DNA of 62,146 nt, counting the filler, from Circinaria calcarea (taxonomy: Eukaryota), in NCBI GenBank assembly GCA_051942165.1. It is 5 parts of 5 records of this genome, joined end to end, with 100 filler letters (N's around TTAATTAATTAA, not from the genome) between each part and the next. Parts side by side here need not be neighbours in the genome. Positions count along the whole stretch, not along the records: positions 1 to 12,356 come from JAVECS010000576.1; positions 12,457 to 24,809 come from JAVECS010000577.1; 3 more parts are not named here. One strand, 5' to 3'. Position 1 is the first letter of the stretch. The number at the start of each line of letters is the position of its first letter. Below, piece after piece: positions 1 to 14,645 of this stretch. Position numbers and translations under genes: made by a program. A model generated the notes under the pieces. It worked only from the letters and a program-made list of their open reading frames with translations, did no database searches and was not told the DNA's origin.

Positions 1-3000
1 GGACTCCTTGTTGTCGCGAATAACACGCATGACGGCTTCACAGGAGAGTTTGTAACTCCCATCGATGTTACTGACTTCCATGGCAAAGGTCAACATGCGG
101 GTAAGGCGGAACGGGACGCGCTCAGGATATTTTTCACGGTGCATGGCCACCTCGAAACAGTCGCCGAAGTCGATGTGGATGACTTTACCGGTGATACGGT
201 CGAGCAGGAGATTCGAAGGGTGACGATCGCCGAGCCCCAAAATATACCCGACCATGGACATAACCGCCAGAGAGCGAGTGTAGTTAGTACGACGCTCGAG
301 CCAAGATTCCGAGCTCTTGCTCTTCAGCCAGAGGACCCGATAGAGATCCTTGCCCGTCGTGTTATCCATGGCGTAGCTAAAGACTTCGACCTTCTGCATG
401 AGCGTCAGGTTGTCGTAATCAGGAGCCATCTGAAGCATGATGCGATGCTCAATGTTGAGTAGAATACGACGATTCTCGCGGTAATCCTTGATCAAGTTAT
501 GCAACGTGTCGCTATTCGGAACCCACCCTAGCAGACCAGAGTTTTGGGACAGTGGGATAGCCGGAAACTGCTGAATGTTGAGGTGACGTTTGAAGCTCTC
601 GGTATCGCTGTTAAGTAATGTGTTGACTAAGCCGAAAAGCTGCATGACACGTTCATCCTGTCGAATATCCTCATGGCCTTTCAATACAAAGGTGTATGCC
701 ACCCCATCGCTGCCCCTCAGCGTCATCTTACGAGGGCGCTGCTTGGAAGGAATCACTGTCATGACTCGATCAAAACTGCGGATCCGAATGATAGGCTTGC
801 CACTCTGATAAGTCCCAGGCACGGCAAGCTCTAGATCGCGGGCGTCTTTGAGTTTTGGAGAAATATACAAGAGGTCAAGGGTCATAAGTTGACCAAGTTG
901 TCTCGCGATCCTTCGGAACACGGAGTAGTAAAGATCCCAAGCCTGGTTCAAGTCTCCGGGTTCCTGCGTCTTTCGGTATGTATTGCACCACTCGAGGGCC
1001 TCTCTCAGGTCGTTACCGAACACCTGAGCAAAGGATATCTCTCTCAAAGTGGTTGGACCCTGTTTGCATCAGCGTCGTTAACCATTAGAGCAATGTAGAT
1101 CTTGCATACCTTTTCCAGAAGTTCATGTAAAGGTGCCAGAGTGGCAAACATGCCCTCCACATTGTGATCGCCAAAGTAACTACAACGATGTCAGTTTGAT
1201 TATGCTTTGCAAGCGCTAGATGCTGTTGATGGTACACATACAGACGAGAAGCCTCCTCCAAACCTTCGTGCCAGAGTTCGTGCCAGAGTACAGCAACACG
1301 AATAAGTTCTTGACTAACAAGCTCGGCTTGCTCCACCAAGTCGGGACTATGCTTGCTTATGGACTGCATGATGTAGCTAGCGGACTGCGATCGGCGAGTA
1401 ACGTTAGATTTCATCGCCACAGTCAATGGATAAACCAAGGCTTGTGGATGAACCTTGCCAATTTCCGCGAGGAGGCGGTGGATCGTCTGCCGAACGCGGG
1501 AATCAGGCTGGCTGATACGTGCAATGAGCTGCGGGATGACCTCGAGCCAAGTGTCGATGCTGACGTGGGAGAAGCCTTCGGTGACAGCCTGATTTACCTG
1601 GGGTTCTCCTCCATGTGCAAACCATAAGGTTAGTAGTCGAAGTGTGTCCTGTAATGTGCTTGATGGAGAGAGTAAAATAGACTGGAAGAAGCCTTTGACT
1701 GCCGGGACGACATGATCAGCAATCGTCTGGTGAGGTAAGGCTGTTGCCTCGCGATCAGTCTGAGATGTGATTGCTGACACCACTTCGAAGTTGGCCAGAG
1801 CCCAAGCATGCCAAGCTTTGTAGCCATCAGGATTGTACAGCGTTGCGGCAGAGCAGGAAGCAAGAACATCATGCACATGATCAGACTTCCAGTCTCCATG
1901 CTTCAACCAAGTCTGCCATTCACCGAGTTTGAGATAGCACTTCGCTAGTAGTTTCTTGGTACCCTCAAGCTCCTTCAACTGGCCAGCCTGGGCATTGGGA
2001 TCATAAAAGATATTAAGAGGGTTAGGAGGATTTCTTGCTACAGCTGCCGCAAGTACAGTCGACTGAGTAGACAATTGATCGGACAAGCCCGCCGTAAACT
2101 CCCTAAGCCCTTCGAGTGAGCTCTCATATTGGCCGGTGGTCCACTGGTATTTCAATTGTGCGTACGTGACTTCGGGTATCTCGGACGATGCATACAGAGG
2201 ATCGCTAGTAGGGTCGGCTTGAATGGTTTGCAACGACTTAAGTGACTTCTCCGCCAGTCCAATGCGACCTGATTTGCGACACAAGTTGGCGAATTTGATC
2301 CACATGTCGATATTTTCCTTTGGCGATAGAACAAGTGCTCGAACCTTGAGCATTCGCTGCCATGTCTCAACATTACGCTCGCATCCTTTGAGTCGCCGCG
2401 TCCAAGTTGCCCTCATCGTAGCTTGCTTCTCACCGTTGCCCTCGGACTTTTTGTAGGTTATGATTTCTTCAAGTTCGGCAAGCATCTGTACACGAACGAC
2501 TACACTATACGCCCGAGTGTAGGATTCTCCAAGTAAGGCACTAAGCTCTGTGTCGAGACCTTCCCTGGCCTTTTCGATGTGATCAAGGGCATCCGGAAAC
2601 TGATTCTGGTGCAATGCCAGAATGGCGCCGAAAAATGACCTATCCGGAGACTGTAGCTTCATGGCTTCGAGGTAGTTGTCCATGAGTTCCCATTGACCGA
2701 GCCCCCAAGCTGCAGCTGCGGCTAATGGTGCAATCAATCGCTTGTGATCGATGGTAGCCAAACTCCATTTTTCTTGCGCAAGGTTCGAGAGAAGATCCCA
2801 TTCTCCAAGGGCATGAAGACACCTCATCTTACCCATGGTTACCTCGAACGCTGTTGGATCTTCACGCTCACGGACCTGGTAAGCTTGCAGAGCCTCGTCC
2901 CAGCGGCCAAGTTTCTCGAACCAAGTCTCCTTCAGCTCAAAGTCGCGATATTTTTGTGCGTTGCGCAAAATACCAACTGCTGCATCCGTTTGCTGTAGCT

Positions 3001-6000
3001 GGTTATTTATGCTGATGAGTGCCTCGACTACGCTAGGTGTCTTCTCTTCCTCGAACTCGAGCTCTTTGTAATGGAGAGCTTTTGCATAAGCATGGCACTT
3101 TCCGGCATATATGCCAAGGGTCCCAATGTCGATAGGAAGTGCCTTGTCGTCGTGCTCCATGAATTCTGCAAGATTCAGAAGGACTTGCAATATTTCTCTT
3201 GGAATATGTGGCGACGTGATAGCTGTCTCCAAAGACTTGACCAGATCCTCCTGGTATTGCTCGTACAGTTCGGTCCAACATGATACAAAGGCTGCATTGA
3301 ACAAGTCTCTGGCTAAAGGCTGGTATTGAATTGCCAATGATGCGCAAGCGCGTAAGGCATTGGAAGGAGATTCTTTCAGCAACTCGATACTGAAGCGTCT
3401 CAACCATTCCTGCCAATCCTCCTTGGTAGATTTGTTAGATGCATCCCACGAGTTCTTCAAGTGCACCTGGTTGACTGGTAGTTTCCTTTGATCGAAGTTG
3501 GTCAACGTATTGTCGTTGTCAAAGGCCCCGTATTTCTCATCTGGACTCAAATCTTGTGGCAGAGGTTCACCATTGCGCAGTTTTGTGATAAAGACATCAA
3601 GATTGTGATGGGGTATGTGGTTTGCTTCAAGCACCTAGTGAAAATGAGAAGGAACAGCCCAACTATATGCGGAGCAGAACGGGTGTGCTTACCTTTTTAA
3701 TTCCGGCAACGTAGCACTCAAATTCCTGACCCATCTGAAAGATAAGCGCAGAGATGCAGTCTAAGGCAGCTGCTCTCAGCGGTAATTCCTTTGATGGCAG
3801 AACGTTCGTCAAGTGGTGTACGAGTAGACTAGCATAGTCAGAGATGTTGACTTGACGCGAGATTTTGCCGATTGTATCGATGCATGCTTTTCGAGTACGG
3901 ATAGGGAGGGAGTATTTCCCGAAAGTTCGTACAAGCTTTGGAAGGATAAGCCACATATGAGTCTCTGCGGTTGGACCAAAGACAAGAATGCTGTGCAGAA
4001 TTTTCTCCGTCGCTGTCTTACCGGGAGAAAGATCATTTTCAAGAACTCTCATCATCAGAGGGAGTATCTTCTTAATGTATTTCTGGAATTCGCCTTCTAG
4101 GGATTTTGAGAGCGCGTCAACGAGGATTAATACGGTAGCTTGTACTTGAGGTGTGATATCCCAGAAGTCTATGACCAGCTCAACAAGTTCATCGGTGTAT
4201 GGACGGATGTGTTGGCGAACAATGGATACCAAAATGGCAAGCTGGTTGAAATACGATTCTAGTCGAATCTGAGGAGCGTTTCGAATGATCGTTACGAATG
4301 TCGGGACTATCTGTCCAAGAAAAGGAACACATTTCAGGCCCAGAGTATTGAAGATTGAGACAACTGCTTCAATGACAGCTGAGTGGTACTGCGCTAAGGA
4401 GTTGTCCCGAAGAACATTGTACATCAAAGTGTTCATTACGACGGTTGGTGAATATTCCTCGTTTGATGGTGTTAGCCCTTGCATGATAAGTGCCACGTCT
4501 GAGACCGGTTGAACGTCAGGATGGGCGATGGAGTCTGCCGATATCTCGATTGTCTGTACACATTCTCAGTAATAGTTTGTTACATCGAAAGACCGCAAAT
4601 AAACATACCTGGTGCTTGTATGGGTCTAAAGCCCCAAATATGCCCATTAATTTAATGGTTTCCTTACGGAGAGATCCCTGCTGCTCCGTCTTGATAATGT
4701 TGACGAGCAGATCAAGTAAGTGCGGATGGTCTAGGTATGGCTGTATAACATATCCAGAATTGCTTGCCAATTGACCAAGCGCTCTCAATGCCGAATCTCG
4801 CTTTTGTGGCGAGCTTAGATCTTGCAGGGCATTGATGATGGTGGGCATGAGCTTGGGTATGTAGGGTAGCAGTTCCGTGCCTCCAACAGTTGCTAAGTCT
4901 CCCAATGCCCTCATCACCGTTGATGCAACGGTGGCGTTCGCATCTGTCGCCTTCGGAAGCAGAATCTTCACAAGTGAATTTACGTACGGCTTGATGATCA
5001 TGGGAGCGTTTGCGATACACAAGCTGATTAGCTTCGCTCCTTCTTCCTCATGAGTCGAGTCATCGGAATTCTTTACACCTTGCATAAGATTGACCAGCAA
5101 CTTTCGTAAAGGCGGGAAGACGTAAGCAGGGTTTACACCTGCTAGACGACCGAGTATGATCATCGCCGCTTGACGAACTTCATAGTCGGCCTCGTTGATG
5201 GCGAACACGAGCATTCGAATGTTTTCAGGATGCGCAAGGTGCCTGTCAAACTTGGTATCGAGGCTGCAGAGAATAGTTCGGCGGATGTCTGGTTCTGGGT
5301 CCCCAACTGCGACACTCAGCAGCTTTGAAATCACCTCGCTAACAACGGAGATAGCATGGAAGCTGGTTTGATGAATGATAGGATCATTGATGAATAGCTG
5401 ACAGCAAGTCAATGCTGATGCTTTGCGGATCTCAGGATTTTGGTTCTCGACAAATCGAATCGCAACATCACGGACGAATTCGTTCAGCACATGGCCTAAT
5501 CCCGAAATATTAGTGAGAAAGAAAGTTATTTTCTTCCGGTCATAACAAAAGCGTAGTCGATGAGCACATACCAGAGAAATCAAAGCTTCCAAGAGTATGA
5601 AGCGCAAGCGTGATCTCAGCATCTTTGTGCTCAACGTTCTGCGCGGGCCAGTCTCGTGCGAAGGCAGGAATGGGCGGCATTCTATTTGGAGGACAGCCAA
5701 GGGGCTTAAATGGACGTCCGCAGAGCACGAGGCTTAGTAAATCTAGTAACTTCTCTTGGATCGTCGTCCTAATTGGGGGGATGTAATGTGCCATATCCAC
5801 GAGGGCTTGAGTGAAGGAGTCACTAAGGCCGCAAGCAAACATTGGGTCCATCAATGCATCCATGTATTTAGTCAAGGTCTGCCCTACGGCGATGGACAAC
5901 ATGCTGATGCACTCAAACACTGGGCCCGGATTGATGCCCAGCCGGTTTCGTCTAGTAGAGTATTAGGCGGAACCAAGATCAAACGGTAGGAACAGAACTC

Positions 6001-7335
6001 ACGCTTTGACACTGAGACCTTCTCGGACATAGACAAGTATACTGTCAAGGTAGGGTGCGATGGCACTGCCAACTGCGCTGGCAACCTTACCAATGGCTAG
6101 GAAAGCATCGTTCCGCTCTTTGTCCCTCTTCAACTGACCAAGGAGGTAAGTCATGAATCTATGGAGGTACGTTGTAGAAAACTCCATAGGAGCATAGCCG
6201 GCTAAGATTGGAATGATGGTGACGATTTGAGACCGGATTTTGAATTCTCGGTGGTCCCGGAAACGAAGTACTATGTCGCATGCTTCTCTATAGTGCTCGT
6301 GCATGAACATGTTGCCTTCCGACAGCAGCTCTTTCATGGTCAACAAGGACCCATGAATGTACTCTATATTGTTGACCTTTAATCCTTGAATTAACTCATC
6401 GAACATCTTTGTGAACCATTGCTGGCGTAGCGTAGCATCGCGGGCAGATATGATCTCGAAGCACGCCCCAACAGCCTCGGCGGCGGTTTCGCGGATGAGC
6501 ACCTTGGTATCTCGTAGAGCTACCCAAATGCACTCGAGGATCTGAGGAACGTACGCATAGAGCAAGGTAGGTGAGTTCTTGGCCAGTTCCCGAATGACTA
6601 GAACTGCTGCGAAGCGTCGACTCTCTTGTCGATCGGATGTCAGCCATTCTAATGCGGCCTTGACCTCACTGTCTACTACATCTGCTGTGAAAGCACCACC
6701 AGGTGTTACCAAGTGACCCAGGGCTTGGGCGGCATACACAAGAACGTCGTTGTCGTTGCTCTGCAAGGCCTTATGAAGGTATCCAACGAAACGTGAGGTT
6801 CTGGTCTGTTGGGTTGCGTTATTGCTGTCAAAGGTCAGAAGGCGCTCAACCGCTAGGATGCCTCCAATTTTGTCATTTGTATCTTGACTGTTAACGATGA
6901 GCTGGGCTAAACGGTGATGGATGACGTTGTAGTAGTCTTGGAACTTGTCCACAGGAAGTTCTGGTACCCTGTTAGCCTATTATGACCACAACTGCCGTTC
7001 TACTTACCGCTATGCGCAAGGTTTATCTGGTTTAACAATTCATAGCTGGCTTTCAGTCGAGTGTCCTTGTTCCTGCTCTTGAGCTCGATGAACGCACGGT
7101 TCAGCGAGTCTCCTCCGTCTAAAGACATATTGATCGCATTTTCATTAGGTGCGGGTCCTAGTAGTAATGATTCAGAATGATGATCGTGGTGGAACCAGTA
7201 CCGTGGTCTCGTAGGTGGCAAAGGCGCAGCGTTCTGGTTGTTGTTGTTGTGGTTGTGGTGGTCGTCGTTGAACCAATTCTCGGGCCTAGAGAGCTCAAGC
7301 TCGGAGGGCAAGGATAAAGGCTCCGAAGGATCCAT
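1..7335 (-). CDS. TOR: Target of rapamycin PIKK kinase, multi-exon; 3' end (FATC) cut off by the contig start
   Basis: HEAT-repeat ORFs (5999-6952, 4516-5700, 3663-4496), FAT domain, FRB '[17 protein letters not shown]', and kinase motifs read on the minus strand of 1-1060 ('[17 protein letters not shown]', 'GLGDRHPSN', '[29 protein letters not shown]'). GT-AG introns, e.g. 7007-6961. The start is either 7335 or the internal ATG at 7128. Confidence 0.97.
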
Positions 7336-7990
7336 GGTCGGCCGATCTCTATCGCCTATTCTCGCTTGGAGTAGACCTCCGTAGTCTATGCCTTGTAAGG
7401 CGTCTGTAGGTAATCAAATGCTACAAGGATTTCATGGTCGTGATTTGAGCAAAGTATGTTTAGGTTTGGGTTTTTGGTGATTGTCTTGGAAACAGATTGG
7501 TGGATAATCACATTCCGTAACGGAGCTAGACTACATATGGATGCCGAGAGGCTATACGATGATTATGGCCTATTGCGTGAGCACATACGACATCATACTC
7601 GCCGTCGAGCCAGCAGTTGCTATCCTGCATCACTCTTTTCTACAAAATCCTCCAATCTTCTCTGATGATTCAGATGGTCAAATCAGTAGTATACTGAAAG
7701 AGCTTGCCTGATACCATAACAATTGAAGGTTTCGCGGGTTTAAATACGAAGCAGCGGGTAGTGGAGGCCTAAATAGAAGGGGGAGTAAGGATTGAGTATT
7801 AGGACATGGTAAACAGACAACTCCCTTATATTTGACGTCCAAGAAGAATATATTGATTGCCTAGATTGTTTGAGGAACCAGGGATTTCTGAGATTCCACC
7901 CTAATCAGCATTTATGGCCGAGAAGCAGACGTAGCTTACCCTCAACCTCAACCGATGCTGAAGACACCTTTCTGATTATCTAAACGCTTT

Positions 7991-9327
<1,337 letters not shown>

Positions 9328-9920
9328 TGTGAGATTTAACCAATCTGAACTATTGCACCGAAGTAGTATTTCAAAGGTCGATTGAAAATTTGGAGTTCTT
9401 CAGTAACGTCTAGGACTGCAGTATTCGTTTGGGAGTCTACCTCGTCTGCTTACTGTATTCGTCCATATGTACAGATATTCAAGTTCCTCCACTCTACCGA
9501 AATTCAACGTAAGCACCGGTCCGATATTCCTCCTTTTCCGATCACGGCACATGTCAACGGCCCGGGGACCACAGTAATATGGCGTACATCCCCTGACGTC
9601 TTAGCCCTGCACGCTTCATCCCGTCTCGCTTTGCTTCATCCCCGGATTTCTAGTCTCCTGCAGTCCTGAAACCGTGGCCCTGTCTCACTTTCTGGCGAGA
9701 GTTCGGCTCTGCCCTTTATGCGATTCTATATAAATCTATGCAGGCTGCAGATCAGGGCCCGCAGCTTCTAGCCTTCCCAGTCTAGAAGAACCTCCCGGTA
9801 CTCCGTATATGTGCATATAAACCTTGAACCCGCCCCCCGTTCGGACCTTTTGTTTAATAGCTTCAGTCTTGTACCCTCATCAGCCCTTTCCGTGACAGGC
9901 CCACCGTACGGTTCACAGAC

Positions 9921-10863
9921 ATGTTTATCTCTACCAAGAGGCATAGGGAGGAGGATGAGGAGGAACTCTCCGATCTACGAAATGAGCACAAGGTAAGTCT
10001 TCCCTCTCCCATTTTCATGTTTTGCCTCGGCTTACGTCCGCCAGAAACCGCGTGCTCTCCCATTCCGCACTTCACCCACCATAAAACATACTTTCCTCTT
10101 CTCCCAGTCCTCGCGCTCATTCCCGAAACCAGCCACTCTCACTCCGGCAGAATCGTCAGAAGACGATGACGATTACACTTCCACCCGACGATACTCGACG
10201 CGTTCCCGACATGAGTCCGCCCAGCTCACAGCAAAGTCCATCATGCATATAGACGCAGAGGCGGACCAGGACTCCGATCTCGACATGCTAGACTTCCAAC
10301 CCCCAGACTCTCCTCTCTGGTCCAGAATGCAATCTCCCTTAGCTGGTTCCATGTCACCGACGCGCAGACCTTTCCCAACAACGGAACACCTTGCGCGCGA
10401 CGGAACCCGGATCGCAACCCCCATCTACGGTCACTTTAACCACTCGGACCGATATTCCACGCACCCCTCCACCGCTTTCTTCACCTCGCACGACCCATCC
10501 TCCACCGCTCATTCTCTCTTCCACCGTCGACACGCCCTCCCCTCTCCGATCAGCGAAGACGAGTCCATGGACAGTCCAACAAATACGACGGGCTGCCTCC
10601 TCCGTCGACTAGATATGAACCATCAAACTCCCAATCATTTAAACACCCATACGCCAGTCACTACACCCGATACTTCCCCGACAGAAACGCCCTTTGGCGA
10701 TGCCGTCATGGCCACAAACGAGCCGCCCATCCGTGAGCAGAGGAGAGGAGCAATAGTAGGCGGACCGCCAGGGAAAGCCATCCTGTCCATGGGATTCCGC
10801 GGGGATTGCGAAAAATGTAGACAGAAGGTTCCGGGTCATTGGAGTCACGTGTTGCGGGTCTGA
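9921..10863 (+). CDS. Fungal hypothetical protein with C-terminal CxxC/His motif
   Basis: Exon 1 9921-9992, intron 9993-10044 (GTAAGT...CAG) joins in frame to ORF 10243-10863 ending 'MGFRGDCEKCRQKVPGHWSH'. TATATAAA at 9727. Confidence 0.8.
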
Positions 10864-11547
10864 GTCGGGAAAAAGTATACTGTGGAGTTGAGTATGGTGC
10901 AGATAAGGCCAGCTGCGATGGGATACGATGGCACGATTGGGCCGGTTAATTATAAAGCTTACTGTTATCAGTAAAGAGAAAGGGTTTTTTTCGCATTTGC
11001 ACTCGCTATATCCTTCTTAGCTGTTACAGAACAGATTACCCCCCCCAATGTTACGCACAACTTGACATTATTAGCTTTAGCTTAAACTTAGCATAGACAC
11101 TTTACATATCCCATAATCCCTCTTTAAATCCCTCTCTCTCTCTCTTCTACTTATCTATCAGTTCCCACAAGGAAGCCTGCAAACTACTAGACGTAGACGT
11201 AGACATGGACGCCTTTGCCCATCTATCCTCCGCTCCGGCAGATTGGGAAGTAGTGAGGGGGGGTGGGTGAGTGAAAACGTTCTCACATTTCCCACCCTCA
11301 CCCCCCCAAAAGAAGGGGCATTTCTTCTATTCTTGAAACGTGAGAGTTGCAGTCGGAGTTTAGTTTACCTAGGCGTACCTACGTATAAGAGAGAGGGGGG
11401 AGGGTTTTACGGCCGGGGGAGAGAGAGACGGAGAGAGAGAGACGGAGAGAGGGAGGGGAGAGAAGTAAAGTTAGTGAGGCGTTTGGGGAAGTGGCGCTGT
11501 CTGTTCTGTGCCTTGTGTGCTGTTTCGAGTTTTCGGGGGGGCATGGC

Positions 11548-11589
11548 TTCTCTCTTCTCTTCTCTTCTCTTCTCTTCTCTTCTCTTCTC
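11548..11589. repeat. (TCTCT)n pentamer microsatellite; GA-rich tract nearby at about 11388-11463
   Basis: Directly visible. Confidence 0.9.
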
Positions 11590-12356
11590 CGACGCCTTGG
11601 CCTTGTCCGCAAAGGTTGCAGGACCGAGCCCGGAAGGGAGGGATCCGTTTCTGGCTATTCTTAGTTGGAAGATCAGACTAAAGGGCGTAGCAGGAGGTTC
11701 ATTTTGTAGAGAAAGGTGGAAGTGGATGGGGGAAGGGGAGGATCTGCATTGCTGTTTTTCTAGTCACTTGCTTTCGGGTCAAAAAAAAAGGATGAATTCA
11801 AGGTACCATGGTTTTTTCTAAATCTATTCTTAGTGCCTGGAACAGAACGAACTAGGTGAGGTAATATGTCAAGAAGATGTTCGACGATGCACGACATCCG
11901 TCCCCCCTAGCTTTTGTTTCAAATCTTTTAGCCCCAGCAAAAAGGTTTCACACTCATGCGGCGAATAGGCCCGGCCGGTATGCAAGATCGCGCAGATTAG
12001 AAGACGGATAGATTAGTCCTCCTTTGCTAGGTTAGCAGAGCTCAGAATCTAGAGTGAGTTGGAGGGGCCGAGGACATGGGAGTGGCGCGCTTATAGCTGC
12101 GGCAGAGGGAGTCGGCCGGAGTCCGGAGCTTTTTGGGTTTTGGGTTTTGGATTTCTTGAAGCTTGAATTGTAAGAGTTTCGAAACATGGCGTGACAGTGG
12201 GCTTGTTGTCTGGATATCTATTTATGGATTCGGGCGGGGGAAGGGGCGTTGATGAGGACGAGGGTGGGGGAAGGGCGAAGGGTGAGGTAAATCTCGGTGG
12301 AAAGAATGAGGCGGTGTTTTCTTTGAGGAACCGACGGTTGGTACCGGCCTATTATT

Positions 12357-12456
12357 NNNNNNNNNNNNNNNNNNNNNNNNNNNNNNNNNNNNNNNNNNNN
12401 TTAATTAATTAANNNNNNNNNNNNNNNNNNNNNNNNNNNNNNNNNNNNNNNNNNNN
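12357..12456. other. Artificial contig linker
   Basis: 44 N + TTAATTAATTAA (stops in all six frames) + 44 N. Confidence 0.98.
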
Positions 12457-13331
12457 TTGGAAGTCATAGGGCTTACCGAGCATGTGTTGCTTAGGAGGTC
12501 CATGCTTAACACTTCCACACACCATAAAAGCACTTTTTCGTAGCATAGGTAGTTACTTAGTTACATACTCAGGTAGAAATGCCACCATACATTCTACGCC
12601 CCAACAGATGAAAAGTGTAAACAAGAACATACATGTACCGTTATTCGACAATATGGAGAAATATGATACCTTTTGCGATGGAGCAGATCCATCACCGCTG
12701 TCTGTCTTGGAAGACGCACCAGTACTAAAGACAGAGGCCAATGGAGGACCATCGACATGTCAATCTCTTCGTTCCGTCCCCCAACCAATCAATCAGGGAA
12801 CTTATCAGGATACCAACTCATCTAGCCCGCAGCAGCCCACTGCACCATCTTCGCCTAGTCAAACGTACAATGGTTCATGTTTAAATAAATCTGGACCCTC
12901 CACGGGGCCAATCCCAAGGCAAGGCTCTATAGATTCCGGATATCTTAATCCCACAGTTGCTTCCCTACGCAAAGCCCATGGAGTAAGTTTGGCGAATATC
13001 CTTTTGCATTTCAAGCCTGCTGTAACACCTGACTGTGAATTTAGACCGGGTATCCGCGTAAACGGCTGCCGTTGACAACAATTAATATTAATCGGGCAAG
13101 GAAGCCTCTAACTTTATCTAATTCAATACAAGATGGTAAGCCTTCGCCTCTAGCAGCATATGATTCTAGAATATCGCAGTAGGTTTTTTTGCTTAAGAGA
13201 AATAACTAAATTACTGACTCCACTAAAGGGAAATCAACACTTCTCGGGCCACGGAAACCAGCCCACTTTACAATCACCGGAGAATTCCACACACAGACCC
13301 AGAAACAACTCGTAACCTATGGGAAAAGGTT

Positions 13332-14645
13332 ATGGCACATCTGACATCCAAAACAGCCTTGCTGCCAAGCAGTAACAACGAGAGTAGTACCGGGGTTCCA
13401 TCGTTTCGCTGGTCGATGCTTCAGTCCTACGGATGTGAGATCAAGGAAGGGGTAACTGAGGCATCCACCACCCACTTCAAGAATATCATGGATGAAACCG
13501 ATGTTACCAATAACCCTGCAAATTCCGCATTGCTGATCAATGGCGACGAGGAATTCTGGAAAAATACCGCCAGAACTTTCAAACATCTGTTCAGCACTGA
13601 GGCTGGAAATCGCGCGTATTTCTTTTACATCACTACTTACTTCCTGAAGGAAATCGAACCCTTTGACGGGCTCGCAGCAGACCCCGATCAACATAAGGCG
13701 TGGGAAATTGCGAGACTAATCGAGTATGAGTTCTGTGACCTACATAACAGAGGAATACATCATGTCGGTATGAGGTTACTCCCTTGTATTCACTCGGGAA
13801 ACCCAGTATCACAGTCAGCAACGGCACCTTCTCAATCATCCGGAAGTACTCAACCCCCCCGCGGCAAATCGATATCATCAGCCGGGAAATCTTCGTCATC
13901 TGCTATCGATGCGTCACACAAAAGCGAAAACGCTAAACTTACGCTTGAGGATGTTCGTAAGATTCGGCCAACAATAGTTTACTGGCTACAGAGGCAAAAA
14001 ATCCCATTAAGGCATTGGCATATGATATCAAGTCATACATACGAGTCAAATTTACATCTGCTTGCACCATACTTCACCATTATGATGGTGGATGATCCAG
14101 GGACTGGGCCGAATAACTCAGAATCGAAAGTCCTCGATAACCTGTTTAAAATTGGCTCCATTGCTGTCTATAACAGGTACCTTCTCAAAGAGAAAAGCAT
14201 CAAACGCCAATCGACTAGTTTGGACTCCAAAGTATTCGATAAAGATCTCAGGCATTACGGGCTTACATTTGACAAAGTCAATTTTCGGCTCTGGTGTTTT
14301 AAAGCCAAGGTCGACCTAACGCCTACAGATGACAGTAAACATAAAGCTAAGGCTGACCCCAAGCCTACGGGTGACAGTAAACACTCAGCTCGAATACCAT
14401 CTGGCCCAGCTACTGCTACCTCGGGGAATAACCAGAACGTTCCATGCAGATGGAAAGGCTGTGAAGTGACAGAGATCTTGCGGGGTGATCTGAAAGAACG
14501 TGGCCATATAGACAACATCGCCGGTTATATCGACAAAATTCAACAGTATGGCAGTAGTGTCCATGGTCCTGGACTTGAAGCAGACCTCGGTCGTTGTTTC
14601 ACCGATGTGCCAGTAGGTCGCCCCTCATTAGCTAGAGATAAATAG
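13332..14645 (+). CDS. Hypothetical protein, possibly fungal PD-(D/E)XK-like fold; possible upstream exons at about 12608-13135
   Basis: 437-aa ORF, frame open back to about 13227. C-terminal half 'LAPYFTI...GSIAVYNRYLLK...RHYGLTF...WKGC...IDKIQQYG' resembles a fungal nuclease-like family from memory. Upstream splice signals (12983, 13136) do not join cleanly in frame. Confidence 0.6.
   Translation: MAHLTSKTALLPSSNNESSTGVPSFRWSMLQSYGCEIKEGVTEASTTHFKNIMDETDVTNNPANSALLINGDEEFWKNTARTFKHLFSTEAGNRAYFFYITTYFLKEIEPFDGLAADPDQHKAWEIARLIEYEFCDLHNRGIHHVGMRLLPCIHSGNPVSQSATAPSQSSGSTQPPRGKSISSAGKSSSSAIDASHKSENAKLTLEDVRKIRPTIVYWLQRQKIPLRHWHMISSHTYESNLHLLAPYFTIMMVDDPGTGPNNSESKVLDNLFKIGSIAVYNRYLLKEKSIKRQSTSLDSKVFDKDLRHYGLTFDKVNFRLWCFKAKVDLTPTDDSKHKAKADPKPTGDSKHSARIPSGPATATSGNNQNVPCRWKGCEVTEILRGDLKERGHIDNIAGYIDKIQQYGSSVHGPGLEADLGRCFTDVPVGRPSLARDK

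Noticed and set aside
139..6894. Many short plus-strand ORFs overlapping TOR (likewise those opposite the kinesin and HET genes)
   Set aside because: Antisense shadow ORFs of long coding exons.
11243..12356. ORFs and possible spliced exons at the end of contig 1
   Set aside because: Driven by GA/CT microsatellites; no coherent gene model or recognisable domain.
12401..12412. TTAATTAATTAA as a biological palindrome or transposon target site
   Set aside because: Identical six-frame stop linker between N runs at all four joins.
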